The notes beneath the pieces were generated by a model that was not told where the DNA came from, made no database searches, and was given only the letters and a program-made list of their open reading frames with translations. This document shows, one piece after another, positions 56,513-64,000 of a stretch of DNA of 64,000 nt. The stretch is from Histomonas meleagridis 2922-C6/04-290x. Its lineage: Eukaryota > Protista > Parabasalia. The position numbers were made by a program, and so were the translations under genes. Location of the stretch: NCBI GenBank assembly GCA_020184695.1, contig JAANOX010000224.1, forward strand, positions 366,730-430,729, read 5' to 3'. Every line of letters starts with the position of its first letter. Positions within the stretch are counted from its first letter, which is position 1.

Positions 56513-59500
56513 TTAATTCTCATTTATTTGATATTTCATAATGAAATCTCTATGTTCTTTTGACGCGATCAAAGCCACGTTTAGCTTTATGTTTATGTCT
56601 GGTTTTGAAATTCCTTTTTCCGGCAAATTATATAAATCAGATGGAATTGCGATGAAGATCGGCGCTATTTTCAACACGTTTAAGTTATCGATATCGAACA
56701 TATAATTTAATAAGTACTTAATGTTAAAACCTTTATCGATTAAATCGGGTAATACATCACCGATTTTCTGTAACAATTCTTCATTTCCATAAACTAAAGC
56801 GCAATATAAGTCATCGATACCCGGAAACTCGTCTTCATCCACTTCGATATTTTTAAACATTTTATACCAAAAGATGTAATTTTTCTTTAACTTTTCAAGT
56901 TTAACATAATTTTCTATTTCGGTGAATGTAAAAGTACCTCTAAAAATACATTGCAAAATTAAGTTATCATTGTCATCTTTATCTTTTAATATATCGAACG
57001 CTAATTTTGCAATTTCTTTATCATCTGTTTGAATTAGAAACTCAGCGAAATCATAAATTATATATTTAATGTTTTCATTAATTAAATTATATAAATGTAA
57101 AAAATGTTTTGTTAAATATAACAAATTACATTTTCTTCTTTTCATTGTATTAATATATTGTTTCATATGTTCAATATCGAATTCATTTGCATGAACATTT
57201 AAATATGTAAAAAGTTTATCTGTTACTTTATCATCCATTTTATACCCTAAAAATGAAATTATATTTAATAAAAATTCGTTTTCAAATTCTTTTCCTTTTC
57301 GATTAAATATAATTTCAAGCGAAGGTTTATCTTCTCCAATTTTTTTTAATACACTTTCAACACATTTAATAATGTTCTCTTCGTCACTATCAAAAAATGG
57401 ATACATTAATGCTAAAAGTTTAGATTCTGTGATATCATTTGTTTGTAAACGAAATAAAACATTCATAAAAAATTCGATTTTTTGTTGTTTTAATATTTTC
57501 GATTCGATAAATTGTATAAATTCATCTTTGGATTCAGTGCATTGATAAAATAATAAATAGTCATTGGCCTTACAATTACGCTTATAGAACTCATTTAAGA
57601 TAATTCCTTGCGATCCTTTAAATAATGGGAAAATTGTTCGCATTATATAATAATGAACATTTTTAGTACAATTAAAAAATGGTTCAAATAATGATCGAAA
57701 TTTGCTGGTAGAATTCATTTTAAGGTTTTTAGCCCATGGAATTAATATTTGTACAAATTTTGTGACTAATTCACTTTGAATTTTGTCATTACAAATAATT
57801 CCTATAATAAGTTTAATAAATGTTTCTGTTAAATTGGTTAATTTATTTGCTATAAATGTTGATGAATTCTCTTTAGGTATTATTTGATGTAATCCACCTG
57901 ATTTTCTAAAAGTGACAACATGAGGTTGGTTCGGTAACGGTTTCCGTAAACGTGCTTCTGATCGTCTTCGTGACGGTTTAGTATACCATTGAATTCGGTT
58001 GAGTAAATCTATCAAATCTGGGCAAGTCGGAAATATGAAATCATGAGTAACTAAAGCTAAAGCGATTGATAACGCTAAATGTTTATCAGTTTTTAATTGT
58101 TCGTAATATGTAATAGCGAAATAACCGACTATATAACAATTGGACAAAGTAATTAATTCGATTGAATTTAAACAATCAGATAAAATGTTTTGATGTTTTG
58201 ATGCAATTAAAAACAAAGGCTTCAACAATCCAATACATTTATCTATTGGTATGAAATGTATTAATTTATTTAATGTATTAAAACATTTTTTATAATCAAA
58301 ATTCGAATCAGAGTTTGCTATAACACAAGAAATCTCAACAAAAAACACAAAAATTAATTCGGAGATAGAAATGTTTTGGTTTTCTTGTTGCTTAATTATT
58401 TCGGCGATATTATTTTCGATTGATTGACTTGTTAAGTTATAAAATTCAATGATTTCTTGTCTCGAAATTTGTTCATTTATATGACTAAAACATATATTTA
58501 ATATTAATATATAAGAACTTGTTGCGTTTGTAACTTTTATGTTCGTAATGAACTCTTTAAAAATCGATGATCCTTCCAACAACAAATTGACAATTAACTT
58601 ATAAAATTTTATGTTTTCCGTTTGATCTTTTTGTGAATTTAACTTTTGGACAATATGTCGATATATTATTAACTTTCCAAGATTTGTTAACTTCGGTGAT
58701 GTTGATATTTGATGAATCATTTCTTCGAGAAACTTTTCATTTGTAAATGCTAAAGTATATATAAGTGTCGGCTTAAGTTTATATTTAACTAAGTTTTCCA
58801 TAATTGGTTTATATTCATTTATATTTCCTAAAACTAAACCAAAACTTTTGATATGAAAATATTTCGAATTAATATCATTAATTATATTATTCATTGATTC
58901 TTTAAAAGGATTTGATTTAATATATATCTCTAATATTACTTGAAATATAAAATGACAACAAAATTGATTCCGTATTAAGATAAATAAAGATGATTGCGGC
59001 ATGACAATGTTTTCTGGATCTGGATTCCGTAAATATATTTCTTGTGGTGAAAAAAAGATTTTCTTTAAGTTCTCCGTAGAATATGTCGATAAAAATTGAT
59101 ATATTGGTATTTGTAACAAATCTTCGGATTTCCAATCAGGATATGCTATAGTATATATTTCAAATAATAATCGTGCGAACTTTTGGATAATTAATACTAA
59201 CATTTTACTTGATGAATATAAATATAATAAAGTCATCGCATTACAATGTGGTATATCAAATTTAGATACTATTTTCCGGATTTTTGATGTCGCTTTAACA
59301 TATTTTGTTGATTTAAACATTGTAATAATTGATGATAAAAGTTCAGTTAAAAAATATATGATATAATTAATCGTGTTTTTGTCATTAAAATAATATATTT
59401 TCTTAATGGCATTATCAAATGAAATATGTATATACTTAGTTTTCTGTGTACAATATTCAACAAGCTTACTAATGGGATATTCATTTCGAATAAGTTCGCA

Positions 59501-60667
59501 AATATACGGTTGTATCGGCTCTATCGTCGTATCGTTTGCCACTTTTGCAAGCAAATCAAACCTTGATGCGTTAATTGAACGATGTATTAATTCTTGCCGA
59601 ATTTGATCATTAATGTTATTATGATAAACAAGGCATTCATAGAATTCGGTTTTTGATAATGATTCATATTGTAATTTAGAATCGACATTTTTTTTCGATA
59701 AAAATTCATCAATAATTTGACATACAAACTCAGGAAAAGCAATGGTGGAAGGTGGGAGATTCAAAACAATAGGTTCAATTGGTTGAATGTCTTTTACATC
59801 AAGTTGTACAATTATTCGTTTTAATAATAAAAGACATGGTTTGATTAATTCAGAACATTTAAGGCCTTCTGATATCGCTTGAATTTGTTTAAGATTTTTG
59901 TTAAGTAAATTTTGGTTATGAACGACAATGGAAAGAAAAATTAATCTTTTTAAAATATCTTTGGCTTTATGTATTTTTGTACGACTTACTTTGACTTCGT
60001 CACATAATTTGTTACAAATAGAAGATTCAAGATTAAATTTTAATAATACAAGCATTTGAATAATGGAAGATGTAAATTGTTCAGCAAAATCTTTGTTTTT
60101 TAAGAAAGTGGTGGCTTTGGGTATCAAAAGAAAAAGAATTTTTTCTACACATTCACTATGTTCGTCGAAATCAAGTAAACTTAAAATTGGAATATAATTA
60201 CTCATTTTTGGTGATTGCGGGTTTAATGATTGTCTTATGTTCTCACAAATATTTTCAGTGGTTTCTATTGGAAAATTTTTGAGAATAATGTTAAATAATT
60301 TTCCGGCTAATTCTGTAAGTTCATTAAAACAAATCACAGAACTAACAACTTCAAAGAAATCAGGGAGTTGTTTAGCTTTTGGTGGTATAATAGTGAAAAT
60401 TGGTATAGCAATTTGGCAAATTAAAAATTGTGTCGAATACTTAGAAGCTGGTTGTTGACATGATTTCTTGATACAAACATCTAGATTTTTGTAATCAATT
60501 GTAATGGGATTTTTTAATTTGGTTTTTAATTTTATAATTAATGAGATATGAGTTCTTAATTTTTTATACTCAACATCTTTATAATCTTGAATAGGATTCT
60601 TGGAAAACGCCAAAAAAGGTCCTGAAAGAGCTGTTAATTGTTCGAAAAGTCGCTCATTATCTGTCAT
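56513..60667 (-). CDS. Large hypothetical helical (HEAT/ARM-like) protein
   Basis: 1384-aa uninterrupted ORF, Leu/Ile-rich helical pattern. Confidence 0.8.
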   Translation of the reverse strand: MTDNERLFEQLTALSGPFLAFSKNPIQDYKDVEYKKLRTHISLIIKLKTKLKNPITIDYKNLDVCIKKSCQQPASKYSTQFLICQIAIPIFTIIPPKAKQLPDFFEVVSSVICFNELTELAGKLFNIILKNFPIETTENICENIRQSLNPQSPKMSNYIPILSLLDFDEHSECVEKILFLLIPKATTFLKNKDFAEQFTSSIIQMLVLLKFNLESSICNKLCDEVKVSRTKIHKAKDILKRLIFLSIVVHNQNLLNKNLKQIQAISEGLKCSELIKPCLLLLKRIIVQLDVKDIQPIEPIVLNLPPSTIAFPEFVCQIIDEFLSKKNVDSKLQYESLSKTEFYECLVYHNNINDQIRQELIHRSINASRFDLLAKVANDTTIEPIQPYICELIRNEYPISKLVEYCTQKTKYIHISFDNAIKKIYYFNDKNTINYIIYFLTELLSSIITMFKSTKYVKATSKIRKIVSKFDIPHCNAMTLLYLYSSSKMLVLIIQKFARLLFEIYTIAYPDWKSEDLLQIPIYQFLSTYSTENLKKIFFSPQEIYLRNPDPENIVMPQSSLFILIRNQFCCHFIFQVILEIYIKSNPFKESMNNIINDINSKYFHIKSFGLVLGNINEYKPIMENLVKYKLKPTLIYTLAFTNEKFLEEMIHQISTSPKLTNLGKLIIYRHIVQKLNSQKDQTENIKFYKLIVNLLLEGSSIFKEFITNIKVTNATSSYILILNICFSHINEQISRQEIIEFYNLTSQSIENNIAEIIKQQENQNISISELIFVFFVEISCVIANSDSNFDYKKCFNTLNKLIHFIPIDKCIGLLKPLFLIASKHQNILSDCLNSIELITLSNCYIVGYFAITYYEQLKTDKHLALSIALALVTHDFIFPTCPDLIDLLNRIQWYTKPSRRRSEARLRKPLPNQPHVVTFRKSGGLHQIIPKENSSTFIANKLTNLTETFIKLIIGIICNDKIQSELVTKFVQILIPWAKNLKMNSTSKFRSLFEPFFNCTKNVHYYIMRTIFPLFKGSQGIILNEFYKRNCKANDYLLFYQCTESKDEFIQFIESKILKQQKIEFFMNVLFRLQTNDITESKLLALMYPFFDSDEENIIKCVESVLKKIGEDKPSLEIIFNRKGKEFENEFLLNIISFLGYKMDDKVTDKLFTYLNVHANEFDIEHMKQYINTMKRRKCNLLYLTKHFLHLYNLINENIKYIIYDFAEFLIQTDDKEIAKLAFDILKDKDDNDNLILQCIFRGTFTFTEIENYVKLEKLKKNYIFWYKMFKNIEVDEDEFPGIDDLYCALVYGNEELLQKIGDVLPDLIDKGFNIKYLLNYMFDIDNLNVLKIAPIFIAIPSDLYNLPEKGISKPDINIKLNVALIASKEHRDFIMKYQINEN

Positions 60668-61532
60668 ATGTCGCTTTGTTTCCTCTATTTAAATTTTTTT
60701 GACAGCTTAGTGAAAACATCACAATTACTTATCGTCAGAATATTTTGAATTGGTCGATAGAATTTTAAAATGGATGAAACCCCGATAAAGCTTACAAAAT
60801 CTTGATGATAAAATAAATAATTTTATTAAAAAATGTCCGAATATATAAAAGGTCGTTTATAACATATTGAATTCGAACTTTTTGATGGCATAATCGAACA
60901 AACGATTTGAATGCAAACCGAAGTTTTGATACAATATTTGGATGGAATACAACATGAAATTGTAAGAAAATCTCACGGATCAAAACCATGTTATAATGAG
61001 ATAAAAGTCAAATTTACACAAAGCCGTATCTCGTTGTGTTGTGAATAATCAAATAGATAACAAATACCGGTAATTGCGCGCATGTACAACACGTAAACGT
61101 GTTCAACATAATATGTAACAATTAGATAATAGCTCAAATGATCATTGTAATTTTACCCTCATTTCGTTTATTACTAATGTGAAAAATTTAAATTGGATAA
61201 TTATGTTACGATTTTAATAATGTTGATCCTTCAATATTTGGTAATTTTTTATTTAAAGTTTTACAAAATCAAAAGGCACGTTTAATATTTAAAAATGATA
61301 AATTATACAAAAATTACATCTGAAAAAAAAGCTTTTTTTCGTAAGTTAAAATTCTAGTACTAAAACAGAGGTCACAGCATTAAAATGAGTGATATAGTGT
61401 ATGGAGTTCATTTTTTATTTTCTTCTTATTAAATAAATTCTTTCTTTAGTGAAATCTTCAAATAAAAATAGATAAATTCTTGAACTTCCGTTGGAACACA
61501 AAAAATTATTTCCAAATTGTGTTTTATATATA

Positions 61533-62027
61533 TTACAAAGAAATTAATTGATTTGCTTGTTCGCGTTCAGCATTAGATATTTTTTGGTAGTCAAGAAAAC
61601 GTAGGCTAGGGAACAATTTGATAGTAATTAAACGATAGTTTGGCAATGCTGAAATTGGATTGAGATGAAGACTTAAACGCTTCAAAAACTTACATTCTTT
61701 TAATACCTTTATGTCTTCAAAAGAACGTATGTCGTTATTAGATAACATTAATGTATGAAGATTTGGAAGTGTTTCAGCAAAATTTGATCCAATATTCTTT
61801 ACAATATTGTTGTGAACTAAAAGTGTTGTGCAACGCCTAAGGATCGGGAAGTCTTCTAGTGTTTCAATTTGGTTATTTGATAAATCAATTACATCAAATT
61901 GATCTTGTGTAACACCAAGATTCTCAATTCTTGGGATTTTGTTCCCCCTCAAGTCGAGCTCACGTTCATGAAGTGTGTTTCTAAAAGCAGGGGCTTTCAT
62001 GATAACATCAATTGTCAGTCTCCTCAT
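61533..62027 (-). CDS. SNRPA1: U2 snRNP protein A' (LRR)
   Basis: MRRLTIDVI...ERELDLRGNKIPRIENLGVTQDQFDVIDLSNN...NYRL...LRFLDYQKI...ER. Confidence 0.92.
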   Translation of the reverse strand: MRRLTIDVIMKAPAFRNTLHERELDLRGNKIPRIENLGVTQDQFDVIDLSNNQIETLEDFPILRRCTTLLVHNNIVKNIGSNFAETLPNLHTLMLSNNDIRSFEDIKVLKECKFLKRLSLHLNPISALPNYRLITIKLFPSLRFLDYQKISNAEREQANQLISL

Positions 62028-62359
62028 CTTGGTTGGAACTATGCTATCGTACGTCGGTTTTTCTGTGAATATACACTTTTTGAATCAAATGAATGAAAAA
62101 CAATCGTTATGACATCCTCCCTGCAACAACATTTCCCAAGGAACAAAAGGAAAATTTCACTTGCATATTCATCTTTGTTTGTCATTATGAAATACCTCAT
62201 TTATTTTTTCTCATTAAATTATGAAAAAAAGAATATCATTTTTTAAAAACATTTTTATTATGATTACTACTGAAATGATTATTATCAAAACATACTCATT
62301 CATCCCTATGATGCTGATTGTGTTTAAGGATAAGCATTAATACTTCTCAACAAATTAAT

Positions 62360-62968
62360 TTATTGGGGTCCATATTTTAGCCATAGTTCATCTAGAGATT
62401 TACGTGAAAGGCTATCAAGATTAACCAAGCCTTCTTTGTTCTTTTTAAGTACTCTTTGATCGCCTCCATTTTTAATAATTTTTTCAACTTCTGTTGTATC
62501 TTGTAATTGGTTTAGGATTTTACTTAACTCCGACAAGTCATATTTTGGAACATTCCGTATTTGCTGATTTGTGATTTGTTCTGTGACTCTAGCTATCTCT
62601 CGATATAATTCCCTTATCCTTTCCTCATAATTTTGTAAGTTGAAAAGATCAAATTGCTTAAACATTTTTGATGCTTTCTTTTTTAAGTAAATTGCTATTT
62701 CACCAGGAATTGTTTCAGCTGTATTGTATTCTACTGCATTATCGAATATTAAATTTACATCAGCCATCCATTCTTTATGTGATGTGTACACATTGTCTTT
62801 GATTTTCTTTCTGATTGTATCTAAATCCATTGGATTTTTTATCTTTGATAAATAATTTTCATCAACAACAGGTTTTCTAAACATACCAGACAGTGGGTGG
62901 TTTGTAAGTTCCTTTGTGAATTCAGAACAAAGGATCCCTAAAGGCGATTTGCTGAAAACTTCAACCAT
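62360..62968 (-). CDS. Bromodomain protein with ET-like C-terminus
   Basis: FRKPV...YLSKIKNPMDLDTI...WMADVNLIFDNAVEYN; LVNLDSLSRKSLDELW. Confidence 0.88.
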   Translation of the reverse strand: MVEVFSKSPLGILCSEFTKELTNHPLSGMFRKPVVDENYLSKIKNPMDLDTIRKKIKDNVYTSHKEWMADVNLIFDNAVEYNTAETIPGEIAIYLKKKASKMFKQFDLFNLQNYEERIRELYREIARVTEQITNQQIRNVPKYDLSELSKILNQLQDTTEVEKIIKNGGDQRVLKKNKEGLVNLDSLSRKSLDELWLKYGPQ

Positions 62969-63420
62969 TCCTTGACTAACAGACCTTGTCAATACCAAAA
63001 TTGCTTGCCGATAGCAAATGTATCCAGCATGTAATATGAACTGAGGACAATAATCTTTTTTAAAAGTATACTTGCCAAGCACTGATTAAATTGTATAGAT
63101 TTTAGCTTTTAGGAATATTCTTCATACGTGTTGGAATCAGATTTTTTTTTTTTTAATTTACATATTTCTAAGATATATTATAGTTTTTATAATGTTTTTC
63201 AAATTAAAATTCTGCTTTAAGTGTGTTATTGTGAATAATTTTTTCTAAATGATATATTTTTTAAAAAATAAGAAACGTTTTCTCATCAATTTTAAATGAG
63301 TCATGAAGAAAGTTGCATAAAGAGAAAAGAAAGTGTCACAAAATTAAAGTTACTAGCAGATCTTATATTTAACTTAAGGGAAGATAATATTAATTCAACA
63401 GTTCAACTAGTGATAAAAAC

Positions 63421-64000
63421 ATATGACTCTATATTTCCATATTCTTAGAATCTTGTTATGAGCAAAATAATTTATTCATCTTTTATTTCTCAAAGAAAAG
63501 ACGTGAAAGTTTATTTAGATTTCATAAAGGCAATTGAAGCATGCGAAGAAAAAATAACACAAAGCGATTTCAAAATTATCAAAGTCTTTTGGAAGTCTCT
63601 CCTTTTTTTAAAAACTCAGGAATCATATTATTTTCAAGAAAAAATATTGGAGCTTGGAATCAAAAAATCAAAATTAACAAAAATAAATACACTATATTTT
63701 GCACATAAAAAAACATTAACAGAAATCAGAAAAATTAAATATATTGCGCCATTTAATGATGAATTTTTTCCAAAGAAAAAAGAACTTTCAAAAAACAATT
63801 GGGAATTACATAAGAAATTAATTGAAGAAGGAGTTAATCCAAATGAAATTGCAAAAATAATTCGAAATGATGAAATAGAAAAATTTCAAGATATTACATC
63901 ACAAACAAATTTTGATTTTGATCAAATAATTAAGCCGTCACTTTATGAAAGATATTCATTTATTAATCAAGAAAATGTTACATTAATTGATTATGCAGCA
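63421..64000 (+). pseudogene. Further DUF3447-family paralogue (locus F), degenerate 5' part, running off the window
   Basis: From 63782: ELSKNNWELHKKLIEEGVNPNEIAKIIRNDEIEK...PSLYER...LIDYAA; upstream part broken. Confidence 0.7.

Noticed and set aside
61088-61103. AACACG-TAAA-CGTGTT hairpin
   Set aside because: A 6-bp stem is expected by chance; no other ncRNA evidence.
19182-62027. U1A/U2B'' and U2A' genes as a splicing cluster linked to the spacers
   Set aside because: They are 42 kb apart among unrelated housekeeping genes. This only shows that a normal spliceosome exists.
1-64000. tRNA/rRNA genes and the many 60-130-aa ORFs overlapping longer genes
   Set aside because: No cloverleaf or rRNA signatures seen by eye; the short ORFs are alternate-frame or antisense by-products.

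Overview
AT-rich (roughly 28-30% GC by eye), almost intron-free eukaryotic DNA, most likely from a parabasalid (Tritrichomonas/Trichomonas-like). This rests on DUF3447-ankyrin genes, trichomonad M3-like promoter motifs and compact single-exon housekeeping genes; the species cannot be fixed from sequence alone. Housekeeping genes include an OSBP protein, KRR1, a mucolipin-like channel, a cyclin, CDC50, Kelch-BTB, U1A/U2B'', a sirtuin, MBOAT, a Rab-like GTPase, a Sel1 protein, an MFS sugar transporter, ArfGAP, U2A' and a bromodomain protein. They alternate with very AT-rich accessory islands holding DUF3447-ankyrin paralogues, small TIR elements and pseudogene fragments. The standout observation is that every ankyrin repeat in four arrays (plus a degenerate fifth) is interrupted at the same point, the beta-hairpin. 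The interruption is an AT-rich, frame-breaking spacer that is exactly 80 nt in most cases even where its sequence has diverged, and it has no GT-AG or parabasalid intron signals. The ankyrin segments stay open and conserved, which suggests an undescribed excision or recoding mechanism. Several genes carry single-base frameshifts that look like assembly errors.
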